This document shows, one piece after another, positions 1 through 8,691 of a stretch of 64,000 nt of DNA. Position numbers and translations under genes: made by a program. Source of the stretch: an uncultured Solirubrobacteraceae bacterium (GTDB taxonomy: Bacteria > Actinomycetota > Thermoleophilia > Solirubrobacterales > Solirubrobacteraceae); assembly GCA_963819435.1 (NCBI GenBank), contig CAWFWA010000013.1, forward strand, positions 146,392 to 210,391, in the 5' to 3' direction. Every line of letters starts with the position of its first letter. The stretch's first letter is position 1. The notes below the pieces were generated by a model. It worked only from the letters and a program-made list of their open reading frames with translations, was not told the DNA's origin and did no database searches.

Positions 1-279
1 TCGACGGTCCGGCGCTTTGCGCTGCAGCTGGTCGAAGCCGAGCTGGTGCACAACGTGGCCTCCGACGCGCACGATCCCGAGCAGCGCAGCCCGGGCATGG
101 CCGACGAGCTGCGCGAAGCCGGCCTGGAGGCGATGACCGAGTACCTGACCGAAGGGGTTCCGGCGGCGATCCTCGGCGGCGAGGACACCCTGCCGCCCCG
201 TCCCCTGGTCGATTTCGCGCGGCTCGGCGGGGCGCGAAGCTCGTGGTGGCGGCGCGGTCCGCTCAGGCGAGCTTGGTGA
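1..279 (+). CDS. CpsB/CapC (YwqE-like) PHP-family tyrosine-protein phosphatase, 5'-partial
   Basis: Frame open from base 1: ...LVHNVASDAHDPEQRSP, the C-terminal ASDAH..R.P motif of CpsB/YwqE phosphatases; polysaccharide-locus context. Confidence 0.85.
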   Translation, partial: STVRRFALQLVEAELVHNVASDAHDPEQRSPGMADELREAGLEAMTEYLTEGVPAAILGGEDTLPPRPLVDFARLGGARSSWWRRGPLRRAW

Positions 280-349
280 TCGCGATGACCATGCCGATCA
301 GCACGAACACCACGATTGCGGCCTGCATCCAGATCCAGGTTGGCGACAC
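263..349 (-). CDS. Putative 28-aa single-TM small protein (MSPTWIWMQAAIVVFVLIGMVIAITKLA), leaderless
   Basis: GTG at 349, TGA at 263-265; almost entirely one hydrophobic helix; TACGCT -10 hexamer (357-362, minus strand) 7 nt upstream. Confidence 0.6.
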   Translation of the reverse strand: MSPTWIWMQAAIVVFVLIGMVIAITKLA

Positions 350-397
350 GCCAGCCAGCGTAGCCGCCAAAGCGGCCCGGCCTCCCGCAGCGCCGCG

Positions 398-403
398 TAA
401 GCT
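398..403 (+). promoter_or_regulatory. -10 element TAAGCT of leaderless glycoside hydrolase gene
   Basis: TANNNT hexamer 7 nt before ATG 411; no SD. Confidence 0.55.
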
Positions 404-410
404 CTCCGCT

Positions 411-1739
411 ATGCGCAGGCTCCTTGGCAACTCGACCGCAGCCGCGGTGCTCGCGCTGTGCGCGCTCGTCCTGCTCACCGCAACGCCGGCAGCGAGCGCG
501 CGGGCCGCTTCGGGCCCGCTCGCGCGAACGGCCTCTGCGCCGCCGCTCGGCGGGATCAACGCGGGCCTCGGCGCGACGATCGCAGAAGATGACCGAACGA
601 TCGAAGCAGCCGCGGCGCTGCATGCCAAGGTCGTGCGCGTGGAGGTCTCCTGGGCGGTGCTGCAGCCGCGGGCGGGCGGCGCTTTGACCCCGCAGATACT
701 CGCTTCGCTGGATCGCTTCACCGGCGACGCGGCCGCGCATGGCATCAGCGTCATCGTGATGGTCGACAGGACGCCGTGCTGGGCCTCCTCTGCTCCGCCC
801 CAGCTGCTCGGCAGTTGCACGCCCGGCTCGGGCAGCGAAGCCAACGACTGGCCTCCCACCGACCCTGCCGACTTCGCATCGCTGGTGCGGATGCTGACCG
901 AACGCTACCGCAACGCGATCGCGGCGATCGAAGTCTGGAACGAGCCCGATCAGGCAAACGAACACTATTTCGCAGGTCCGGAAAAGGCTCGCCGGTACGC
1001 CGAACTGGTAATCGCCGCCGACACGGCGATCAAGCAGGTCGACCCCTCGATGACGGTGCTGGCGGGCTCGCTGGTGGGCTCCAACGGGGCCTTCCTGAAT
1101 CTGCTCTACCAGCACGGCATGAAGGGCCACTACGACGGCCTGGCCGTCCACTTCTACACGCTCACGCTGGCCGGGCTGCGCACGATACGCGCGGTGCAGC
1201 TCGCCAACGGCGACACAACGCCGCTGTGGCTCGACGAGTTCGGCTGGGGTAATTGCTATCCGCGACTGAAGGTCCAGGAGGAACAGGGCTGCGTCACGTC
1301 TGGGACGCAGGCGCTGAACATCACCAACCTCTATCGCTCGCTGAGCAACACCTCCTACGTCGCCGCGGCGACGCTGTATGACATGCAGGATGGGGGCGGT
1401 GACTCTTTCGGCGTGCTGACGGCCAGCCGGGCACGCAAGCCGGCCTTCGCGGCGCTCGCCAAGGTGCTCGCGGTGCCGATCGGCCCCGTCAGTCCCGTGA
1501 AGCTCGCACTGCGTCGCACGCACGGCAGCGTGCTGGCCAGCGGCTCGGGACCGGTCGGCGACTTCATGCAGCTGGAAGCCTTCAAGGGCAAGCTGCTGCG
1601 CTTCCGCGCGACCTTCACGCTGGATCGCTTCAACCGCTATTCGATCCTGCTGCCCAAGGTGCTCGGGACGCGCGGGCTGCGCGTGCGCGTATTTCAGGCC
1701 TGGGCGGGTATCGGCCGCTCCGCCCAGAAGCGGGTCTGA
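411..1739 (+). CDS. Secreted clan GH-A glycoside hydrolase (GH5/GH39-like)
   Basis: Signal peptide MRRLLGNS...TPAASA; EVWNEPD acid/base motif, AVHFY, LWLDEFG nucleophile motif. Confidence 0.8.
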   Translation: MRRLLGNSTAAAVLALCALVLLTATPAASARAASGPLARTASAPPLGGINAGLGATIAEDDRTIEAAAALHAKVVRVEVSWAVLQPRAGGALTPQILASLDRFTGDAAAHGISVIVMVDRTPCWASSAPPQLLGSCTPGSGSEANDWPPTDPADFASLVRMLTERYRNAIAAIEVWNEPDQANEHYFAGPEKARRYAELVIAADTAIKQVDPSMTVLAGSLVGSNGAFLNLLYQHGMKGHYDGLAVHFYTLTLAGLRTIRAVQLANGDTTPLWLDEFGWGNCYPRLKVQEEQGCVTSGTQALNITNLYRSLSNTSYVAAATLYDMQDGGGDSFGVLTASRARKPAFAALAKVLAVPIGPVSPVKLALRRTHGSVLASGSGPVGDFMQLEAFKGKLLRFRATFTLDRFNRYSILLPKVLGTRGLRVRVFQAWAGIGRSAQKRV

Positions 1740-1742
1740 ACG

Positions 1743-3281
1743 CTACTCGGCGCTGCGCAGCAGCGCGATGAACGTCAGCGCGAGGATCTTCACATCGAGC
1801 CCGAGTGACCAGTTGGCGATGTAGTAATTGTCCCACTCCACCCGTTCGGCCAGCGACGTCTGCCCGCGCAGACCGTGCACCTGGGCCCAGCCGGTGATGC
1901 CGGACTTGACACGGTGGCGGTCGCCGTAACGGACGATGTCCTGTTTGAACAGCTCGACGAACTCGGGACGCTCCGGGCGGGGGCCGATCAGGCTCATCTC
2001 GCCCTTGAGCACGTTGAACAGCTGGGGCAACTCGTCGAAGGACGTGCGCCGCAGAAAGCGCCCGACGGTCGTGCGACGGTCGTCGCCCTCGACGCCGCCC
2101 GGCGCGGTGTCGCCGCCGAGCAGGAACTCCAGCGGGCCCGAGTCGTCGTCGTCGGGGTCGACGTGACCGCCATGCAGGCGCATCGAGCGGAACTTGTACA
2201 GATCGAAGGCCTTGCCGTCACGCCCGACGCGGCGCTGGCTGAACAGCACGGGGCCACTCGAGCTGAGACGCACGGCGAGCGCCGAGAGCAGGATCACGGG
2301 CGACAGCAGCACCAGGAAGAACAGCGCGAGCGCGCGGTCGAGGCCGTGCTTGATCGCGAACTGGACGCCGCGCGGGTCGACCGTGGTGAAGGACATCAGC
2401 GGCAGCCCGCCGACCGTGTCGTAGCCGACGCGGTTGTTGATCGTGTCGAACATGCGCGGAACGACCGATACCTCGACGCTGAGTTCCTGGCAGCGCTGGA
2501 TCAGCCGGCTCACGCGCTCGTCGGCGACCGAGGAGAAGGCGACGATCAGGTTGCGCACGCCCGTGCGCATGACGGTCTCGTCGAGATCCTCGACGGTGCC
2601 GAGCACCGGCAGGTCGCGGCCGCCGACCTCGGCGATCGAACGGGGGTCCTCGTCGAGGAAGCCGATCGGGGCCAGCCCGTACTCAGGGTGACTCTCCAGG
2701 CGCCGCGCAACCTGTGCGCCGACGACGCCGGCGCCCATGATCAGGACGGGCTTGCCGACCAGCCGCCGGGCGCGCGCCCAGCGCTGTGCAAAGGACAGCA
2801 CGATGCGCCCGATGCCCACGCCGAGCATCGCGAACAGCCATCCGCGCACGACGACCGACTGCGGCGGGGCCTGCCCGTTGGCGAACAGGCCGAGCACGGC
2901 GGCGGCCATCGCGCCGATCGAGACGGCGCTGATCACGGGGACGACCCCGTCGAGCACCAGCGCACGCAGGCGCGTGCGGTAGAGCCCGCGCAGGTAGAAC
3001 AGCAGCACGACGAACACCGGGAATGCGAGCAGCGGCTCACGCAGGGTGCTCGGATGCAGCGCGCGATCGATGCCGCCCTCGGCGATCACGACCGCCAGGC
3101 AGACGAAGAAGAAGTCGACAGCCGGTCGCAGCGCCCTCCAGCCGGCGCCCTCCAGCAGCCACTGCAGGCGCCCGCCGAACGTACCGCCGGGGAGGGCCTT
3201 CGGCCGTGGCGCCGAGCGCGACAGCTCGCCCTGCAGCGGCAGGGTCGTGGAAGTCTGCTGAGTGATTGGTGGGCGCGCCAT
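1743..3281 (-). CDS. Polyprenyl-phosphate glycosylphosphotransferase (WcaJ/WbaP-like priming transferase) #1
   Basis: N-terminal TMs, CoA-binding-like region (MGAGVVG), KFRSM, DELPQLFNVLKGEMSLIGPRPERP, GITGWAQV. Confidence 0.93.
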   Translation of the reverse strand: MARPPITQQTSTTLPLQGELSRSAPRPKALPGGTFGGRLQWLLEGAGWRALRPAVDFFFVCLAVVIAEGGIDRALHPSTLREPLLAFPVFVVLLFYLRGLYRTRLRALVLDGVVPVISAVSIGAMAAAVLGLFANGQAPPQSVVVRGWLFAMLGVGIGRIVLSFAQRWARARRLVGKPVLIMGAGVVGAQVARRLESHPEYGLAPIGFLDEDPRSIAEVGGRDLPVLGTVEDLDETVMRTGVRNLIVAFSSVADERVSRLIQRCQELSVEVSVVPRMFDTINNRVGYDTVGGLPLMSFTTVDPRGVQFAIKHGLDRALALFFLVLLSPVILLSALAVRLSSSGPVLFSQRRVGRDGKAFDLYKFRSMRLHGGHVDPDDDDSGPLEFLLGGDTAPGGVEGDDRRTTVGRFLRRTSFDELPQLFNVLKGEMSLIGPRPERPEFVELFKQDIVRYGDRHRVKSGITGWAQVHGLRGQTSLAERVEWDNYYIANWSLGLDVKILALTFIALLRSAE

Positions 3282-3337
3282 TGCGTGTGGAGGCTCCTTG
3301 CCTCTACTCCGTTACTCGGATCGTTTGGGCCATCCCT

Positions 3338-3919
3338 TTAGCGACTCGCGCTTTCGCGCCGGCCGTCCGCGCCGGCACGCCGCGTGAGCAGTCCGAGCGA
3401 CACGAGAATCGCCGCCCCGAGGACGATGTAGAGGATGTCGCTACCGGGAATCGTCGAGCCCTGGGTGCTCGCGGGGATTCGTTCCGCGGCCGGATAGAAG
3501 CTCGCGTGGCTGACGGCTGAGCTCTGGCTCGCGGCGTGCCGGCTCTTGCCCGAAGCGGGCGCCGTCGCGTTGCCCTTGCTCGAGCCGCCCTGACCGCCGG
3601 CGGAGCCTTTGCCGGCGGGCGCCGAAGTGGTCTGTTCGGTGGTCGACGTCGACGTCGCACCCTGAGACGTGGAGGTGGTTTCGCTGGACGCGCTCGTCTG
3701 CCCGGCCGAGCCAGACGGCGCAGACCCCGAGCCACCCGAGCCGCCCGAGCCGCCACGACCTTTGGGGCCGTTGAGCAGTGCCGAGCCGAGCACCGCCTGG
3801 TTGCCCTGGCCCGGGCCGCCGTAGCCGCTGAGCAGCGAGCTCGCCAGCGCAGGGACGGGCAGGGCGGCCGTGGCCGCCAGAAAGACCAATGTCTGGATTA
3901 CGATGCGATGCGATTTCAT
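3338..3919 (-). CDS. Secreted Gly/Ser/Thr-rich protein with C-terminal TM anchor and Arg tail (candidate glycoprotein acceptor #1)
   Basis: SD-like AAGGAAG before ATG 3919; signal peptide ending PALA; low-complexity GSG/STT tract; IPGSD-ILYIVLGAAILVSLGLLT-RR. Confidence 0.8.
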   Translation of the reverse strand: MKSHRIVIQTLVFLAATAALPVPALASSLLSGYGGPGQGNQAVLGSALLNGPKGRGGSGGSGGSGSAPSGSAGQTSASSETTSTSQGATSTSTTEQTTSAPAGKGSAGGQGGSSKGNATAPASGKSRHAASQSSAVSHASFYPAAERIPASTQGSTIPGSDILYIVLGAAILVSLGLLTRRAGADGRRESASR

Positions 3920-4133
3920 GCTTCCTTGCCTTGGGCATTCGCCCGGCTCGAGCAAACCCGCGTCAACTCTCCTTGCCGTATTCCCGTCCTCGCTGCGCGG
4001 GCCGGTGCCTCGATCCTTCGAGCGGCCGGTTCTCCACCGGTCAAAGTCCCAGAGAGACCCGCGCATACGCTAGCGAAGGTACCGGGCGCTGTCGAGTGAA
4101 AATGTTCCAATTTGACGAAGTGCCTAGTGGGTT

Positions 4134-6242
4134 TCATGCAAGTTGTTGGGCTTTGTCGAGGATCAGGCGGTTCAGTTCGTCGATGTCGACCCGGTGCCCT
4201 TCACGTACGCGCTGCAGCGTTTCGCGGATCAGCCCGTCGTGCGGGCTCAGGCGCCGCGTCCGTTCCAACAGGTGCAGCGCAGCAGCGCGATCGCCGCGTT
4301 CTGAGGCGATCGCGGCGCGCTCGAGCGTCGCATATGCGTCGCTGCCGTCACGCGACAGCGCCCGCGCAAACTCGCGGTCCGCGTAGGCGAGATCGCCGAA
4401 GCGCAGAGCGATGCTTCCCGCCAGCAGGTAGGGCTGATCGCTCAGGGGGTTCAGTTCGGCGGCGCCGTTGAGTGCCGCGTAGGCCTGGCGCGGGGCCGTC
4501 GGCCAGATGCGCGTGGCCCGCTGAACCTTCAATTCGCCCAGCCACGGCGCGATCAGCGACGCCGCGCCGGCCAGCGCCAGCACGGCGAAACCGGCGAGCG
4601 CGATGCGTCGCGTCGCAGGTGGCAGGCCGCGGGCCCCCGCAGAGGTCTCGGCAGAGGTGTCGGCACGGGCGTCGGCAGGTGCGTCGGCGCCGCCCGGCCC
4701 GGCCGATTGCAGTGGTCGCCTGTACGCGAGCGCGCAGGCCAGGCCGAGCAGCGCGAAGGCGGGCCCGCCCAGTCCCGCAAACTCCCAGAACCAGTCGAAG
4801 CTGCCGTGCACCAGCCAATAGGCGAAGCCGGCCAATGCGGCCGAGGCGACGGCCACGGCGAGGGGATCGGTGCGGCGGCGAGCCGCCGAGAACAGCACGC
4901 CGCCGGCGGCGAACAGCGCGGCGCCCAGGCCGCCTATCGCGAGCAGCGCACCGACGATGCCGGTCTGGGAGAGCGTGCGCATCTCGATGCTGTGGGGGTA
5001 GTGCGGCGTCTCTTCTTCGTGACCCTTGGCGAGGTACTGCTGGGCGAAGTTGTCGGCGCCGATGCCGACGAGCGGGTGCGCCTTGAATTCGTCGAGCGCC
5101 ACACGGTAGAAGTCGTAGCGCCCGCTGCCGAGGCCGCTGACCAGGCGGTTCACCTGAGCGTTGTCCGCGCCGTAGCCGCCCTTGAACGTCTGCCAGCCGT
5201 GTTCGGCGCGTGCGATCGGATTGCCGGCCGCCACCCACCCCCCGGCGAGCACCACGACGAGCGCCAGCACGGCGATCGCGGCGACGGCGCGCTTGAGGCT
5301 CGCGCGTGAGCCCTCGGGGATCGCGCCGCGGCTCTCTGCGGCCGCGGCGAGTGCGGCAATCGCGCCGACCGCCACCGCGGCGATGAGGATCGCCACGGTC
5401 GCACTGTGCAGCGCCGCGTGCACGTTGCCGCCGTGCACGCTGTCGCCGACGTGCAGCACCGTTTTGACGGTCGCGCCAACGCCGGCGGCCACGGGTATGA
5501 GCACGAGAAACGTGCGCACGCGGCCCGGTAGGAGTGCGAAGACGAGGACCAGGATGACGACCGTGGCATACAGCGAGCCGCGGCTCTGGCTGAGTAGGGC
5601 GACGTCGGCCAGCAACACCGCACCGCCGGCCAGCGCACCCCGCAGCGCCCAGTGCAGACGCTCGCTGCGGCTGAGCAGCAGCGCCGGCCACAGGGCCATG
5701 CACCAGACCGCCGCGCAGGCGTTTTCGTAGTCGGCCGGGTATTTCAGGCGCCCGTCGTTGAACAGGGCCAGCGGGTGCGCGACGCCGTCGAGGTGCAGCA
5801 GCACGCCCACGGCGAGCCCGATCATCGCGAGCACCCACGCGCACAGCAGCAGCGCGGCGCTGCGCCCGGTCTGCGGCCACAGCGCGAACAGCGAGAACAC
5901 GAGCAGGTAGACGAACGTGCGGTTGGCGCCTTCCCACGCGTCGCCGGGCACCTGCGCCCAGAGGATCGACATGTAGCTGAGCGCCGTGTACAGCGCCAGG
6001 CAGGCGACCGCCACACGCACAGCCGTGGGAACGCGCGCCAGGCGTAGCGGCACCGCGGCCACGGCAATGACCAGCAGGACGAGCAGGATCACGCCGCCGG
6101 GCGCCCAGTGGGTGAGCGGATAGCCCGCATCGCTGCCCGCCCAGATCACGAACAGCGCGAGCGCGCCGAGCGCCGGGACCACGACGGGCGTCTCGCGCAC
6201 CGTCTGCATCAGCCTGGCCGTCGATCGCGCGTAGCTTGACAT
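4134..6242 (-). CDS. O-antigen ligase (Wzy_C) family polytopic membrane protein with C-terminal TPR-like region (candidate oligosaccharyltransferase #1)
   Basis: Many TMs; YENA, SQSRGS, GRYDFY...HPLVGIG, HYPHSIEMRTLSQTGIVG, VHGSFDWFW; helical tail with LNPLS/LSPHD TPR-like ends. Confidence 0.85.
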   Translation of the reverse strand: MSSYARSTARLMQTVRETPVVVPALGALALFVIWAGSDAGYPLTHWAPGGVILLVLLVIAVAAVPLRLARVPTAVRVAVACLALYTALSYMSILWAQVPGDAWEGANRTFVYLLVFSLFALWPQTGRSAALLLCAWVLAMIGLAVGVLLHLDGVAHPLALFNDGRLKYPADYENACAAVWCMALWPALLLSRSERLHWALRGALAGGAVLLADVALLSQSRGSLYATVVILVLVFALLPGRVRTFLVLIPVAAGVGATVKTVLHVGDSVHGGNVHAALHSATVAILIAAVAVGAIAALAAAAESRGAIPEGSRASLKRAVAAIAVLALVVVLAGGWVAAGNPIARAEHGWQTFKGGYGADNAQVNRLVSGLGSGRYDFYRVALDEFKAHPLVGIGADNFAQQYLAKGHEEETPHYPHSIEMRTLSQTGIVGALLAIGGLGAALFAAGGVLFSAARRRTDPLAVAVASAALAGFAYWLVHGSFDWFWEFAGLGGPAFALLGLACALAYRRPLQSAGPGGADAPADARADTSAETSAGARGLPPATRRIALAGFAVLALAGAASLIAPWLGELKVQRATRIWPTAPRQAYAALNGAAELNPLSDQPYLLAGSIALRFGDLAYADREFARALSRDGSDAYATLERAAIASERGDRAAALHLLERTRRLSPHDGLIRETLQRVREGHRVDIDELNRLILDKAQQLA

Positions 6243-6326
6243 CTCAGCTGAGCCTATCGGCGCGTTCGCCCGGCAATATGAGGCGTGCACGCTGCCGCGC
6301 CGAGCGGCGACGCATAGGCTAGGGCG

Positions 6327-7505
6327 ATGCCTGGCGAACGCTGGATCACGCTCTCGGAGCTGGAGGACCGCCGCGGCGAGTGGCGCGCCCTGGCCGTCGG
6401 CAGCGACTTCCCGAGCGCGTTCGCAGACCCGGCGTGGGTGCTCTCATGGTGGAAGCACTTCGGACAGGACCACGAGCCGTGGTCGTTCGCGCTCGAGGAC
6501 GAGGCGGGGGCGCTCGTGGGCCTCGCGCCGCTCGCGTTGCAGCGCTCGCGCATCGCGCGCACGCTGAGCTTTGCCGGAGGCACGTGGAACGGGCTGGAGA
6601 CGGCGATCAGCCGGCGCGGGTCCGAGGCCGAGTTCTCCGATCTGCTGCTCGGCGCGCTCGCCGCCCGGCGCGGCGAGTGGGACACGTGGCGCATCCAGCG
6701 CCTGTGCGTGGACTCGCTGCTCGCGAGCAGGCTGCTCGAGGGCACCGGTCCGCTGCGCGCGGCGGCTCACGACGTGCGCCTGCAGCCGTATCTGAAGCTG
6801 CCCGACGAGATGGACGCCTTCGAGGCGCAATTCGGCTCAAAGCAGCGCAGCACGCAGCGGCGCAAGTGGCGCAAACTGACAGAGTTGGGCGCGCAGGCGC
6901 GCGTTGTGCAGGACCCGGCGGAGGTCGCGGCGACGCTGAGCCGGCTGCTGGAGCTGCGGCGCGGGCGCGCGATCGCGATGGGTCAGCGCTACAAGCACAT
7001 GGACGCGCACTATGAGGCGTTCTTGCAGGAGGCGGTCGCCGGGGCGCTGCCCGAGGGCGCACGCCTGTGGCGCCTGGACCTCGAGGGGGAGATGATCGCC
7101 AGCCGCCTGAACCTCGTGCAGGGGCCGCGCGAGCACAGCTACCTGCTCGGCCTCGGCGAAGGCCACGCCAACCTCAGCCCCGGCAACATGCTCGAGCTGC
7201 AGGCGATCGCCGACGCGATCGCGCAAGGCCGCAGCGAGTTCGAGCTCGGGCCCGGCCGCGATGTCTACAAGTACCGCCTCGGGGGAGTCGATCGCGAGGT
7301 GGCCCGGCTGGTTGTGGCCAGCGGCTCGGCACGCGGGCGCGCCGTGACGAGCCTGGCGGCAGCCGATCTGCGCCTGCGCGACAGCGCAGCCGCCGAGGCG
7401 CTTCGCCGGCGCAAAGGGATCACCTCAGAACGCGCGCACGCCGGTGCGCCGGCCGAGCAGGCCCAGCCCGCGGACTCGCCCCCGGCCGAGCGCCGGGAGA
7501 AGTAG
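6327..7505 (+). CDS. GNAT-family (CelD/BcsL-like, Acetyltransf_6) acyltransferase
   Basis: WVLSWWKHF, LVGLAPL, LSPGNML, FELGPG..YKYRLG pattern; leaderless start after TAGGCT. Confidence 0.85.
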   Translation: MPGERWITLSELEDRRGEWRALAVGSDFPSAFADPAWVLSWWKHFGQDHEPWSFALEDEAGALVGLAPLALQRSRIARTLSFAGGTWNGLETAISRRGSEAEFSDLLLGALAARRGEWDTWRIQRLCVDSLLASRLLEGTGPLRAAAHDVRLQPYLKLPDEMDAFEAQFGSKQRSTQRRKWRKLTELGAQARVVQDPAEVAATLSRLLELRRGRAIAMGQRYKHMDAHYEAFLQEAVAGALPEGARLWRLDLEGEMIASRLNLVQGPREHSYLLGLGEGHANLSPGNMLELQAIADAIAQGRSEFELGPGRDVYKYRLGGVDREVARLVVASGSARGRAVTSLAAADLRLRDSAAAEALRRRKGITSERAHAGAPAEQAQPADSPPAERREK

Positions 7506-7534
7506 CCGCGCCGCGCGAAGGTCTGCGCCCGCGC

Positions 7535-8689
7535 CTACGGCGCGCGCAGGAAGCCCGCCAGGCGCGCGGACGCGTCCTCGAGCGTGCCTTCGCGGGCGCG
7601 CGCGAAGCCCGCCTCGATCAGCTCGCTGCGCAGCCGCGCATCGCCGGCGATGCGCGCGAGCGCGGCGGCGGCGGCGTCGGCGTCGTCGGGCTCGACCAGC
7701 AGCGCGGCGTCGCCGGCTGCCGCGGGAACGCCGCCGACGGCCGTGGCGACGCTCGGCAGGCCCGAGGCGAAGGCCTCAACGAGCACCTGCGGGAAGCCCT
7801 CGGTCCAGGACACGTGCAGGAAGGCGTGGCTTGTGCGATAGAGGTCCAGCAGGCCGCCATCGATCGGCACGTAGCCCAGCAGCTCGACGCGGTCGAGCAG
7901 CTTCAGCTCGGCCAGGCGTTCGCGCAGCGGCTCGCTGAGCGGGCCCTCGCCGACGACGAGCAGCCGCCACGAGCGCTCGGTATCGCGCAGCCGCGCGGCG
8001 ATCTCGGCCAGCAGCAGCGGGTTCTTCTCGGTGTCGATGCGCCCGACGGTCAACACGGTCAGCTCGCCGCCGTAGTCGCGCGAGGCGACGGACGTCTGCG
8101 CGGTGTCGAGGTCGCTTTTGGAGACCAGCGACACGGTCGTCGCAAAGACGCTCGCGGCGCCCGCCTCGCTGTACTTGCGCGCCAGCTCGGGACCGACTAC
8201 GACGACCGGATAGCGCCGCGCCAGCAGCTTCCAGATCCCCTCCAGGATGTCGGCGCTCCAGTGCATCCAGCGCTGGTCCGGACGCCGGCTGCGCACGTAC
8301 AGCGGCGTGTCCTGGCGCACGCCGAGGATCAGCCGCCTGCGGCGCAGCACGGTCAGCAGCGCGAGCAGCACGGCGTGCGGGTAGGGCCCGAGCACCCACA
8401 CCGTGTCGACCTCGTCAAGCAGCCTCCAGAAGCGCGCGACCGATACCGCGAGCGAGCGCACGACCGACCACGGGTGCGCGAGGCTCTCGTAGTGGGGCAG
8501 CCCGACGAGCTCTGTGTCGTCGTGCAGCGGATAGTGCGAGCTGGCCGGCTGCGGGTTCAGGCGCCCGACGAGCACGAGGCGGTCGACGTGCTCGCGCAGC
8601 GCCTCGAGGAACACGACGAATGCCCTCTGCCCGTAGCGTCGCCGGCCATCGGACAGGTACTCGTAATCGGTGTATACGGCGAGGCGCAC
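7535..8689 (-). CDS. Glycosyltransferase family 4
   Basis: VGRIDTEKN, VGEGPL, SWTEGFPQVLVEAFASGLP; GTG start next to upstream gene stop. Confidence 0.9.
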   Translation of the reverse strand: MRLAVYTDYEYLSDGRRRYGQRAFVVFLEALREHVDRLVLVGRLNPQPASSHYPLHDDTELVGLPHYESLAHPWSVVRSLAVSVARFWRLLDEVDTVWVLGPYPHAVLLALLTVLRRRRLILGVRQDTPLYVRSRRPDQRWMHWSADILEGIWKLLARRYPVVVVGPELARKYSEAGAASVFATTVSLVSKSDLDTAQTSVASRDYGGELTVLTVGRIDTEKNPLLLAEIAARLRDTERSWRLLVVGEGPLSEPLRERLAELKLLDRVELLGYVPIDGGLLDLYRTSHAFLHVSWTEGFPQVLVEAFASGLPSVATAVGGVPAAAGDAALLVEPDDADAAAAALARIAGDARLRSELIEAGFARAREGTLEDASARLAGFLRAP

Positions 8690-8691
8690 CG

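Noticed and set aside
1875-3341. Long antisense and alternate-frame ORFs here and throughout (e.g. 40786-42918, 56364-57617)
   Set aside because: Shadow ORFs expected at very high GC; they oppose well-supported genes and lack motifs
4134-6242. WaaL LPS O-antigen ligase interpretation
   Set aside because: Gene content points to a monoderm actinobacterium, and there are no lipid A or core genes in the window
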